DNA of 64,000 nucleotides, from positions 1,888,001 through 1,952,000 of the forward strand of contig OY820905.2 of the NCBI GenBank assembly GCA_963555755.3. The letters are read 5' to 3'. Position numbers and translations under genes: made by a program. Position 1 is the first letter of the stretch. Every line of letters begins with the position of its first letter. The notes beneath the pieces were generated by a model. That model saw nothing but the letters and a program-made list of their open reading frames with translations. It did not search any database and was not told the DNA's origin. This stretch comes from Nitrospirales bacterium. Its GTDB lineage: Bacteria; Nitrospirota; Nitrospiria; Nitrospirales; UBA8639. Positions 11,249 to 20,307 of the stretch are shown here, piece by piece.

Positions 11249-12577
11249 TTATTCAAAGTCAGCAAGCGCCGGAGGTTCTTGGCCCTCTTTCACTTGCGAC
11301 AAATAATCAACAATTTTATTCACGGCCCCAGCGCTTAACTTCAGGCCAAAATCCTTGGGCATTTGGTTGTCAGGAAAATCTTTCACGACATACGCACTGG
11401 GATTTAAAATTGACTCCGTGATATATTCCCGTGTTGACTCTGCTTTTCCCTGATACCCCGGATCCTTTAATCTCTTAGGCGCATTAGTGCCTTCCATCAA
11501 CAAGGGACCCAATTTCCCAACAGCATCTTTAATTCCAGGAATAGTATGGCAAGCCGGACAACCTGCTTTCATGAAAAGATCCGTAATTGCCTCTTCGCCT
11601 GTTGCAAGCACTCCCCCGGCTGGCCCTTCGTCAGTACTGGCTTTAGCTCTATCTTTTTCAGGAATAAATTTTTCATAGGAAACTTGAATTTCATCGTAGG
11701 TGGGAGCTTCCTTTCCCTCCCGCACATATAACCACGTATCCACGGCTGCCAATTCTCCAATCGTAAGAGAAATCGGCGGCTTATGAATTCTGGGCATGGG
11801 ACTTTCAGTATCATTTGTTCCTTTTACCCCAAAACCAGGAACGACAAAGCAATCGGGACAGGCATGTGATTCAGCTATATATTCCTGAGCGGTGGTGGCT
11901 GTTCCCGATCCATCAAACGCCTCCTTTTGCGCCGTATTACGAGACGCCGGATCGTTCATAAAATATTTTTCATGTTTCAAACGTTCTTCTGCCCGAGCAG
12001 GAATATCCCAGAGATTCGGGGCTCGCTCACTTAAAAACCCCTTATTGAAACCATGACAAAGAGGACATTGCCCTTTTCCTATGGCGCCCTGAACTTTACT
12101 TTGTCCAAGACCACCAAAAATTATTTTTTCCCCTTCATCCCCAAGCTGCTGACCACTCATGCTTTGGAAATCCAGCTTTACTTCCGGAGGGGGAAACCCC
12201 CCTTCTACTTGAGGAAGCCAATTACCATAACCAGACAGTGCTGCGGCCACAAAAAACATGAAACCACCGATTCTCATTAACGCACTGATATTGGTGAAAT
12301 ACACACCCATGAGAAACGTTAGGGTGGTGATCATGACCAACGAAATTGGTAGTTTTCCATCATTGATCCCAAAGTTGCCCTTATAATTGACGATAGCAAT
12401 CAATAACAAGACCGCGGCCAATAGCCCGATCATGGTATTGAACCTCATGCTTTTTTTCTCAGCAGGATCTGAAACCCTTGATTGCTTAAATAGGAAAACT
12501 GCCACAATCAAGACTAATAACGGCCAACCAAATGAGAGTGCCTCTGCTAGTAATTCAACCACCTTAACTCCCTCCAT
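11249..12577 (-). CDS. Membrane-bound diheme cytochrome c
   Basis: Four N-terminal TM segments; CPLCH and CPACH; extra HACPDC. Confidence 0.88.
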   Translation of the reverse strand: MEGVKVVELLAEALSFGWPLLVLIVAVFLFKQSRVSDPAEKKSMRFNTMIGLLAAVLLLIAIVNYKGNFGINDGKLPISLVMITTLTFLMGVYFTNISALMRIGGFMFFVAAALSGYGNWLPQVEGGFPPPEVKLDFQSMSGQQLGDEGEKIIFGGLGQSKVQGAIGKGQCPLCHGFNKGFLSERAPNLWDIPARAEERLKHEKYFMNDPASRNTAQKEAFDGSGTATTAQEYIAESHACPDCFVVPGFGVKGTNDTESPMPRIHKPPISLTIGELAAVDTWLYVREGKEAPTYDEIQVSYEKFIPEKDRAKASTDEGPAGGVLATGEEAITDLFMKAGCPACHTIPGIKDAVGKLGPLLMEGTNAPKRLKDPGYQGKAESTREYITESILNPSAYVVKDFPDNQMPKDFGLKLSAGAVNKIVDYLSQVKEGQEPPALADFE

Positions 12578-12659
12578 CCCTATTGGCTCCCATGTTTTAC
12601 ATGAGAGCCAACCTTCTTGGATCTTCTATTTCGTTAAAAGAATTTTATATTCTTTCCAT

Positions 12660-14621
12660 TCATTTCCCCCCGGCTGGCTGCGGTACAGGAATGGCAGGTG
12701 CTGGCTCTGTTGCTGGGACAGGCACCTTTTTCATACCAAGAGTCCCAAGCCAGAAGACAAACATAATTGTAATCCAGAAAAACAACACATTGAATGAAAT
12801 GACGTTCGCAGCAAATCCGATTGTGTGGGTATATGCCCATGGCGAATTATCTCGCATGACTTCATTGACATGCCAGAATAACCTTACCGATGATCGAATA
12901 TACCCCATTAACCCCATCATCCATGTAAAGGCCGTGGCCAACATGATAAGAGCGTATTGGGACCTCGAGGAAATTTTTCCATACTTAATAGGCCCAATTT
13001 CCTTTGCCCCCTTTAACATGATGAGGTTGATCGTCGTTCCTATAAACAGACAGGACAGTGTTCCCGCTACTTGCGGGACTGACAGTCCTATTCGAACATT
13101 TGCGGGTATGAAGTAGCCGTAACTGGCCACCCATATATTATTGACATGCGCCACCACAAAAAATGTTATCAAAAATATGTTTCCAAAACTCGCCCACTTA
13201 ACAGCGGGCATCTTATTCCCTCGCTGATACCATATAAAGCTCGCGATCGTGGTCATGATAATCGCATTTATGCCTCCATTCTTGGCCGACATCACGCCAA
13301 AGTTCCCCAGAACCGGGTGCTGCTGGCCACCCATGGCTTTCAATTCTGCTGGAGTCATTACAATGGTGTGTGGCGTAATGAAGACAAGGAGCCCGACAAC
13401 AAGAATGAAGACGAAGTATTTTATATACTTCTGGAACCTTTCTCCTCCACTCATTCTCCCCAGTGCCTGCCAGAGATAATAGTTGGTTGTGAGAAAAAGA
13501 ATACCAATCATGGTAGCCTGGATAATAAACAACCACGCCAACAAACCACCCATTAACGTAATACCCATTTGTTGCCTATAGGCATACACTTCCCGCATCA
13601 ACCAATACCCGGCAAAAGGCAATGGAATTAAAAATGCGACACCCAACGACATGGCGATATAACCCATCCAATCATAATGGGCTCGCTCTTCATCGGTTCT
13701 GGCCGATAAAAATCGGTAGGCCGCATAGGCGGCCACCACGCCACCACCAAATGCCATATTCCCAAGAATCCTATGCACATTCAGAGGATTCCAGAGCGCA
13801 GAATGGATGACGTTCCAAATATTCCCAAGGTATCGCCCCTGTTCATCAATACCCGCAGGAGACATCATGAAGGCAATCCATGAATTGGCCAGGAACATCA
13901 ACAGCGTACCGATCACATTCAGGACCACACAGATACTGAGATGTATCCATTTCATAATGCCTTCCGTCATCTTGTCCCATCCATAGTAATAAATGTAGAG
14001 GACGCCGCTCTCCGCCACAAACATAAATGCATAGATATGCATGACAGGACGAAAAATACTTGAAAGGTACCCGAAAAACGCCGGATACAAGGTGAGGAAG
14101 GTGAAGATGAGAATACCTCCGAGAATAGCAGTCAGAGAGTATGCCGTCAGACTGATCTTAATAAAGTCATGAGCCAACTGGTCATACTTTTTGGCCATGG
14201 CCTTATCCTTAGAGACCATCCCGGCAAACTCTACACACATACAAAAAATAGGAACAGCCAACACAAAACTTCCATAGTAAAGGTGCTGCTGGTTTGCTAC
14301 CCAAAGAAGCACGCGGCTTTCAAAATTGTACCGCGGATAAAACTCCGCAGTATCCTTCGTTCTTGGAGCAGGCGCACCAACCACAGGGCCTTCAATTTTG
14401 TAGTAAATATCTCGACCAACTTCAACGGGCTCTGCTTCGCCCTCCGCTTCGGCTCCCTGAGCAGCCACAACGTCAGCAGGAGGACCACCACCTGCTGGGG
14501 CCCCACCAGCCAATGCCGGAAGCGCCATAAAAATAGGGAGGACCAACATTCCCCCCATCGCAAAAAGACCTGTAAACGCCAGGATTTTCTTCCTGACTTG
14601 TCCAGAATTGAGGCGACCCAT
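12660..14621 (-). CDS. Cytochrome bd-like oxidase subunit I (Nitrospira type), paralogue 1
   Basis: Polytopic; QQHLYYGSFVLAVP, FVAESG, NSWIAFMMSPAG, WNPLNVHRILGN, MGYIRS resemble CydA-family motifs; start ATG 14621 with GGAGG RBS. Confidence 0.85.
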   Translation of the reverse strand: MGRLNSGQVRKKILAFTGLFAMGGMLVLPIFMALPALAGGAPAGGGPPADVVAAQGAEAEGEAEPVEVGRDIYYKIEGPVVGAPAPRTKDTAEFYPRYNFESRVLLWVANQQHLYYGSFVLAVPIFCMCVEFAGMVSKDKAMAKKYDQLAHDFIKISLTAYSLTAILGGILIFTFLTLYPAFFGYLSSIFRPVMHIYAFMFVAESGVLYIYYYGWDKMTEGIMKWIHLSICVVLNVIGTLLMFLANSWIAFMMSPAGIDEQGRYLGNIWNVIHSALWNPLNVHRILGNMAFGGGVVAAYAAYRFLSARTDEERAHYDWMGYIAMSLGVAFLIPLPFAGYWLMREVYAYRQQMGITLMGGLLAWLFIIQATMIGILFLTTNYYLWQALGRMSGGERFQKYIKYFVFILVVGLLVFITPHTIVMTPAELKAMGGQQHPVLGNFGVMSAKNGGINAIIMTTIASFIWYQRGNKMPAVKWASFGNIFLITFFVVAHVNNIWVASYGYFIPANVRIGLSVPQVAGTLSCLFIGTTINLIMLKGAKEIGPIKYGKISSRSQYALIMLATAFTWMMGLMGYIRSSVRLFWHVNEVMRDNSPWAYTHTIGFAANVISFNVLFFWITIMFVFWLGTLGMKKVPVPATEPAPAIPVPQPAGGK

Positions 14622-14711
14622 GACCGACCTCCTTTTTCCTTTGAAAATATTCAAAGAGCCAAAGTATGTGTTAAATTTTTCACTACTATTCAATTCATTT
14701 CACCCAATCAC

Positions 14712-14828
14712 TTAGCGAAGAATATAGAAGTAATCCAATCCCTGCATGTCCATTAAAAACCAATCGAGGAACTGAAAATACGCTACAGAAATCACCAACG
14801 AAATACCAATATAAATGATCTTTTGCAT
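14712..14828 (-). CDS. Unannotated 38-aa single-TM microprotein MQKIIYIGISLVISVAYFQFLDWFLMDMQGLDYFYILR
   Basis: Manual translation; strong AGGAGGAG RBS; co-oriented immediately upstream of the bd-like gene. Confidence 0.75.
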   Translation of the reverse strand: MQKIIYIGISLVISVAYFQFLDWFLMDMQGLDYFYILR

Positions 14829-14863
14829 GCCAACTCCTCCTTAAAACCTACTCTGTTCCGAAA

Positions 14864-14977
14864 TCAACAAGGACATTGAATGCCGGCAAACCAATAAAAG
14901 AAATACAGACTTGCAGAACAGGTGATATAGAATATCGCCTTGCCGACCTTAATTTCAACTGGATCCGTTCGCGCCAT
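14864..14977 (-). CDS. Unannotated 37-aa single-TM microprotein MARTDPVEIKVGKAIFYITCSASLYFFYWFAGIQCPC
   Basis: Manual translation; AGGGG RBS; hydrophobic core and terminal CPC. Confidence 0.7.
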   Translation of the reverse strand: MARTDPVEIKVGKAIFYITCSASLYFFYWFAGIQCPC

Positions 14978-15086
14978 AATTTACCCCTAAAGTACTTAAA
15001 TAGTTAACCTTAAATGATTACACTCTTGACACTTTTCTTTTCGATATGATACTCATCGTTCACTTTTTATTCATGAGGTCAAAAGA

Positions 15087-15191
15087 ATGCGAAATGATGC
15101 GAAATTGTTCGACATTATAGTGCTGGCTGGGATGGTTGTCAATATTCTTTTAGCTGTGTTTTTGATTCTGTACTACTTCGACTTCCTCTAA
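15087..15191 (+). CDS. Unannotated 34-aa hydrophobic microprotein MRNDAKLFDIIVLAGMVVNILLAVFLILYYFDFL
   Basis: Manual translation; GAGG upstream; TTGACA at 15026; one TM helix. Confidence 0.6.
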   Translation: MRNDAKLFDIIVLAGMVVNILLAVFLILYYFDFL

Positions 15192-15199
15192 TCTCACGT

Positions 15200-16114
15200 T
15201 TACTTTTTAGAATCTTTGAACGCGGTATTATCAGTGTTTTTACCTAATTCTGATGCCGCACACCTGAAGCCAATCGTCTCATCCCTGAAATTTGGGACCA
15301 TAAAGCTCCTTCCGGTAATTCGTAAATCGATTCCGTGGCTGGTATACCCTGCTCCGCGAAGAGTTTTATATCCTCCACGATCGGCAAAATTGGTTTCACG
15401 AGGTTCATTCGGTGGCGCGACTTGCTCCTCATACCAATTGCTGACCCACTCCATCATATTTCCATACCCATCATAGATTCCAAAAGGGCTTCGGTCCAAA
15501 GGGAAAGAACCCACCGGCGCTGTGACCTCAAACCCATCCTCCACACCACCCAGGTTCGCCTTGAAAATTCTTGGAGAATTTCCCCATGGCCAAAGCCGGC
15601 CATCTATCCCCCGCATGGCTTTTTCCCATTCCGCCTCTGTGGGCAATCGCCTACCTTTCCACTGACAATAGGCATCCGCATCATACCAGGACACATAGGC
15701 CACGGGTTGATTGGGGCCACGGAGCTGATCCAAACGCTTTGCATATCGCGCCGGTGGACCAGGGTTACGATGCCCCGTTTGCTCAACAAATTCAAAATAA
15801 TGGTGATTCGTCACTTCATGCCGGCCAATCCAAAAACCATCCAATGGCACAATTCGCTCCGGACGCTCATTATACCCACCTTGCGTTGTACCCTGGATAA
15901 ACTCTCCAGGAGAAATAAACACCATTTCTTCTTTGATGATCGGCTCAGGGGAGTCAGAAGGAGAATGAGATCGGGTAGACTGAAGAGGTTTGGCCATCTT
16001 GGCAAGATCCGGATCAGGAGGTGGAGGATTAGTTCCTCGCAAGATTCCTGAAATCGGCATGCCCACCATGAACAAAATCACGGCAGCGAGAATAAGCTTT
16101 AATCGACCATCCAT
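15200..16114 (-). CDS. FGE-sulfatase (SUMF1-like) domain protein
   Basis: HEVTN, QPVAYVSWYDADAYCQWKGRRLPTEAEWEKA, GNMMEWV, IGFRC. Confidence 0.9.
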   Translation of the reverse strand: MDGRLKLILAAVILFMVGMPISGILRGTNPPPPDPDLAKMAKPLQSTRSHSPSDSPEPIIKEEMVFISPGEFIQGTTQGGYNERPERIVPLDGFWIGRHEVTNHHYFEFVEQTGHRNPGPPARYAKRLDQLRGPNQPVAYVSWYDADAYCQWKGRRLPTEAEWEKAMRGIDGRLWPWGNSPRIFKANLGGVEDGFEVTAPVGSFPLDRSPFGIYDGYGNMMEWVSNWYEEQVAPPNEPRETNFADRGGYKTLRGAGYTSHGIDLRITGRSFMVPNFRDETIGFRCAASELGKNTDNTAFKDSKK

Positions 16115-16162
16115 CGTACAAACAGTTGCCCATTCCCTTGTGGGCCACCAAACTTGAAATCG

Positions 16163-17116
16163 CTACGTGCCGGGGTACTCCGCCTTTGATGAAGGCTCGT
16201 AGGCATCAGCATCAAGGGCGCAACGGAAACCCATGGTGGCATCAGTCCTCCACAGCTTGGCAGCAAACCGTTTAGTCACTCGTGCGTTTAATTTCGAGTC
16301 ACGCCATGTGCCGCCTCGAATCACTTTAAACTCTGAGGCCTCCGGCCCCGGGGGGTCTCGAAAGGGTGTGTTTTGATAATATTTTGGATGGTAAGTATCC
16401 GCCACCCATTCCGCGACATTCCCAGTCATATCATACACCCCATAGGGACTGCGGCCGACTTCATACGATCCAACAGGCGCGAGATACGGAAAGCCATCAT
16501 CATCCCCATCGACATTGGAAAACGTATAACTAAACTCATTACCCCACGGATACATACGACGCCCTTCACCCCGTGCAGCTTTTTCCCATTCAGCTTCGGT
16601 TGGCAACCGCTTCCCCGCCCACCGGCAATACCCAAAACCATCATTCCACCCAACGCCGACAACAGGAAAGTCCGGATCAGTGAGTTTTGAAATATCTTCT
16701 TCGAAGACCGGAACCTGGGGTTCCCCTCGCTTCGTCATTTTGACAAAACGATCGTATTCCGACTGCGTCACTTCCTTCAGATCAATAAAGAAGGCCTTAA
16801 GATACACAGGATGGGCTGGAGCTTCATCAGGGTCCCCCTGATCGTGCCCCATTGTAAAGGGCCCTTCGGGGATCTCAACCATTTCACGCCCCTCATTTCC
16901 CATAACAGTACGATACATCGAAAAGTCTTGGACTTTCACGGGCTCGATTACCCGCGGCTTGGCTTTGTGCGATGCCCCAAGAAGTCGTTCCCGCTCAGCC
17001 TTCTCCTTGTACGTTTCATAGACCAACAAACCTATCAGCAGGATAAACGAGCCAAAGACAAAGATGATAGAGCCAATCAGAACACTACGATTTTCCATAA
17101 CACCACGTTTTTCCAT
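16163..17116 (-). CDS. FGE-sulfatase (SUMF1-like) domain protein, membrane anchored
   Basis: GKRLPTEAEWEKAARG, YDMTGNVAEWV, VIRGG, MGFRC; N-terminal TM. Confidence 0.9.
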   Translation of the reverse strand: MEKRGVMENRSVLIGSIIFVFGSFILLIGLLVYETYKEKAERERLLGASHKAKPRVIEPVKVQDFSMYRTVMGNEGREMVEIPEGPFTMGHDQGDPDEAPAHPVYLKAFFIDLKEVTQSEYDRFVKMTKRGEPQVPVFEEDISKLTDPDFPVVGVGWNDGFGYCRWAGKRLPTEAEWEKAARGEGRRMYPWGNEFSYTFSNVDGDDDGFPYLAPVGSYEVGRSPYGVYDMTGNVAEWVADTYHPKYYQNTPFRDPPGPEASEFKVIRGGTWRDSKLNARVTKRFAAKLWRTDATMGFRCALDADAYEPSSKAEYPGT

Positions 17117-17180
17117 AATCCCTCAACGTCTATTCGCTTCGTTACCCCAATGAATCAGAAAAGTCTGTCTTTCGGTTTTG

Positions 17181-17495
17181 TCAAGATGCGGTACGATCCG
17201 ATACCGGAACAGCCTTGACCGGTTTCTGAAAAAATATATCGAGAAGCATGGAGATCCACGTTCCCAGAAATCCTCCCATAGCGGCCCCTGACCCTGCACC
17301 AATAGTAATATTGTGAGAACCGGCCACTAGCCACGCCAGCGCCCCGCCTAACACCGCACCAACCAGAATGCCAATAAAAAACAGTCGCCCGCCAATCAGG
17401 CCAATGCCAAACCCTAACGCCAATCCCAAGCCAATTGCGACATAAAAAAACACCCCACCCATCAACAGACCAATGAGCACCCCCACAGTACCCAT
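17181..17495 (-). CDS. Small glycine-rich membrane protein, function unknown
   Basis: Hydrophobic GxxxG-rich ORF co-oriented in the cluster; start uncertain. Confidence 0.65.
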   Translation of the reverse strand: MGTVGVLIGLLMGGVFFYVAIGLGLALGFGIGLIGGRLFFIGILVGAVLGGALAWLVAGSHNITIGAGSGAAMGGFLGTWISMLLDIFFQKPVKAVPVSDRTAS

Positions 17496-17578
17496 GACGC
17501 AGAGGCCAAGTGCGACATCAATAATTTTTTCTTTTGAGATACAGGCCTCCGATTAGTCTACATTTTTCAACAAGGCTT

Positions 17579-17760
17579 AGGACCTGAGAGAAAATAACTT
17601 GAACAATTTCGCATCCAATCTTCGGGCCATCTTTGAACGGGCCTCAATCGAAACACCCTCAACATAGCTGTGCTATGCCTCGGGTTTTTCTCAATCGTTC
17701 CGTCCAAATCCAACCCAAATCTTGGCGCGAAATTGTTCAAGTTATTTTCTCTCAGGTCCT
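17579..17760. mobile_element. MITE-like family B copy 1 with 34-bp perfect terminal inverted repeats
   Basis: aggacctgagagaaaataacttgaacaatttcgc ... gcgaaattgttcaagttattttctctcaggtcct; related copies at 26466 and 62650. Confidence 0.9.
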
Positions 17761-18437
17761 TTTTTCTCACTAATCTCAATCGACCCAAAGTCCACTTCCA
17801 CGCCTGGGCCACTTTGCAATGAAATGCCCCAAGCTTGAGGAGCAGGATCATGGTTATGGATGTCTTTGAAATCCTGATACGCATTGACTTCTTCTTCAAT
17901 CCACTCGCCGATCGGTTCATTCCCTGAACGGATAACTACTTCTGCCGCGCTAAAAATCCCCCCGTCCTTCACATCCCCTTTTTCCCGTGTTCCACTCCAG
18001 ACATACTTCGTGGAAACCGGGATAAACATATAGTCTAAATCCAGATTGGCGAACACCGCAGCAATAAACTCGGTATTCTCAGGAACCGAGTGTATGCGCC
18101 ACCGCCACCTTAAAATGGGATGGGTTTTGGGGTCCCAGCTAATGTGCTTGGTATACACGCGCTGGTTCGCGCCTTTCCCTTTCAAAAATGCCGTCTCACC
18201 TTCCTTATGGATGGAATAGGCTTCTTTGGCCGTGACCTTGCTTCGCGAACCTTCCCAGCCTTGAGGAAAAGCATCTTCATCGGGATGTTGAAAGTCTTCC
18301 AACACCACAGCAGGGGACGACTCATCATGGGCACCCTCTCCATAGACCACCGACCCCATTGGTAAGACTCCGAGCATCAGGACCAAGATGAGGAAAAAAG
18401 GTGTTGGAAATCCACTATTCAATAATTGATCGTTCAC
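17742..18437 (-). CDS. DUF3047-like exported protein
   Basis: Signal peptide; HPILRWRWRI, TKYVWS, GEWIEEEVNAYQDF pattern; last codons and stop come from the MITE. Confidence 0.75.
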   Translation of the reverse strand: MNDQLLNSGFPTPFFLILVLMLGVLPMGSVVYGEGAHDESSPAVVLEDFQHPDEDAFPQGWEGSRSKVTAKEAYSIHKEGETAFLKGKGANQRVYTKHISWDPKTHPILRWRWRIHSVPENTEFIAAVFANLDLDYMFIPVSTKYVWSGTREKGDVKDGGIFSAAEVVIRSGNEPIGEWIEEEVNAYQDFKDIHNHDPAPQAWGISLQSGPGVEVDFGSIEISEKKGPERK

Positions 18438-20305
18438 ACCGATTCCTCTCGTGAAAAATTCTGTACCAGGGAAACCTCCTGCGTTTCAACCGAAGTTTCT
18501 TTAGTCCGCACCACTTGTCGATCTTTCGTGGCTAACCAAAACATCACAAACACGGACCCCCAAAACAGTACCATATTGATGGTCACCATTTTCGCTACAA
18601 AAATTATCGGCGGTGTAAACGCCCATGGAGAAAGATCAGCCATGACATCCTTGACATGCCACCCTAACCGTCCCGCCGATCGAATATACCCCATTAACCC
18701 CATGACCCATGTAAACATAGCTGCGATCGCAAGTAACGAAACCATGCCACGAACAGAAATTTTCCCCCATTGAATAGGCCCTCGAACCTGAGCACCACGA
18801 AGCATGAGCCGGTTCAGCAGCAAACCGGCAATTAACACCGTGGCGGTCGTGGCTCCTTGCGGAACCGAAAGCCCCACACGGACATGCGCGGGAATAAAAA
18901 ATCCGTAAATCGCCACCCACACAATATTCGCAATACCGACAACAAACAAGGCACCCAACGCAATGTTCCCCGCCGTAGCCCAAGGCACCGTGATGATTCG
19001 ATTGCCTCGGCGATAGAGCAGAAAACTCAACGTCGTCAAACAGATCATCACATTGATGGCGCCATTCTTCGCTGACATGACTCCGAATTGACCAATCACC
19101 GGATGTTGCGCTGCGCCCATGGCTTTCATTTCACTCGGAGTCATCGCAATCGTATGGGGGGTAAACCAGACAAGGAACGAGATCATCAAGCCACCCACGA
19201 TGAACTTGAAATACGGATCAAATCGTTCCCCACCTCTTAAACGCCCCATGGATTGCCAAATATAATAATTGATTCCAAGGAACAGCCCTCCAATCGTCAT
19301 CGCCTGAACCACAAAGAGCCACGAAAGCAATCCGCCCATCATGGTCACGCCCATCTCCTGCCTAAACTCAAACACCGCCCGCATGAGCCAATACCCGGCA
19401 AAGGGCATCGGGAGCAAGGCACACACCATCACGAAAAGGAAGACATAGCCTACCCAATCATAGTACGCGCGTTCCGTTCTCGATTGCGTCCTAAAAAATC
19501 GATAGGCGGCATAGGCACATACAACCGCGCCCCCGGACATGATGTCGGCTAGAAATCGATGGGCATTCAACGGATTCCACAACGGCGAGTGCAACAAATG
19601 CCAAATATTCCCCAGGAACCGACCACTGTCATCGACTCCGGCTGGGGCCATCATAAACGAGGCCCAGGCATTCGCCATCAGAAGTAAGAGGACTCCCATG
19701 GCATTGGCTAACACCCCAATCGACATATGGACCCATTTGCGTCCACCATGAGTCATCCTGTCCCAACTGTAGTAATACAGTAGGATGAGGGAGGATTCGC
19801 CAAGGAACACCGTCGCATATGCTGGCATCAAATCCTTAAACGTGGAGCCCATATAATTCATGAATCCAGGATAGAGTGTGACAAACCCAACCAGCATCAC
19901 ACTGCCCAACAAGGCTGTGACGGACAATGACAACACGCCGACACGTAAGATATCCCGAGCCAAATCATCAAAGTATTTCGCGGCTTCAGGGTCACGACGA
20001 GAACGCGCAAGAAACTCGAGCAACAAGGCAAACAACGGCAAGGCCAAGACAAACCCGCCAAAATAGGTATGCTGCTGCGTGACCATCCAAATTAAAATTC
20101 GATTATCCACCAATCGCCATTGTGGATACACCGATTCGATATCCTCGGCAGCAAGACCCTGAGGAACACCTTGGGTTTGATAATAGACATCCCGAGTAGG
20201 CTCACCATACGGAACCTCTTCCGAAAGAACGACAGAAGCTTGTGAACTGAAAAGGAAGAACAAGCAGAGGAATGCGGAAATTCGAAAAAGCGTTCTCATG
20301 GACAT
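18434..20305 (-). CDS. Cytochrome bd-like oxidase subunit I, paralogue 2
   Basis: Colinear homologue of 12660-14621 (QQHTYFGGFVLALP, WNPLNAHRFLAD, MSAKNG, MGYIRS). Confidence 0.85.
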   Translation of the reverse strand: MSMRTLFRISAFLCLFFLFSSQASVVLSEEVPYGEPTRDVYYQTQGVPQGLAAEDIESVYPQWRLVDNRILIWMVTQQHTYFGGFVLALPLFALLLEFLARSRRDPEAAKYFDDLARDILRVGVLSLSVTALLGSVMLVGFVTLYPGFMNYMGSTFKDLMPAYATVFLGESSLILLYYYSWDRMTHGGRKWVHMSIGVLANAMGVLLLLMANAWASFMMAPAGVDDSGRFLGNIWHLLHSPLWNPLNAHRFLADIMSGGAVVCAYAAYRFFRTQSRTERAYYDWVGYVFLFVMVCALLPMPFAGYWLMRAVFEFRQEMGVTMMGGLLSWLFVVQAMTIGGLFLGINYYIWQSMGRLRGGERFDPYFKFIVGGLMISFLVWFTPHTIAMTPSEMKAMGAAQHPVIGQFGVMSAKNGAINVMICLTTLSFLLYRRGNRIITVPWATAGNIALGALFVVGIANIVWVAIYGFFIPAHVRVGLSVPQGATTATVLIAGLLLNRLMLRGAQVRGPIQWGKISVRGMVSLLAIAAMFTWVMGLMGYIRSAGRLGWHVKDVMADLSPWAFTPPIIFVAKMVTINMVLFWGSVFVMFWLATKDRQVVRTKETSVETQEVSLVQNFSREESV

Positions 20306-20307
20306 AT

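Noticed and set aside
12583..13116. Similar + strand ORFs at 12583-13116 and 18426-18773
   Set aside because: Antisense shadows of the two paralogous bd-like genes.
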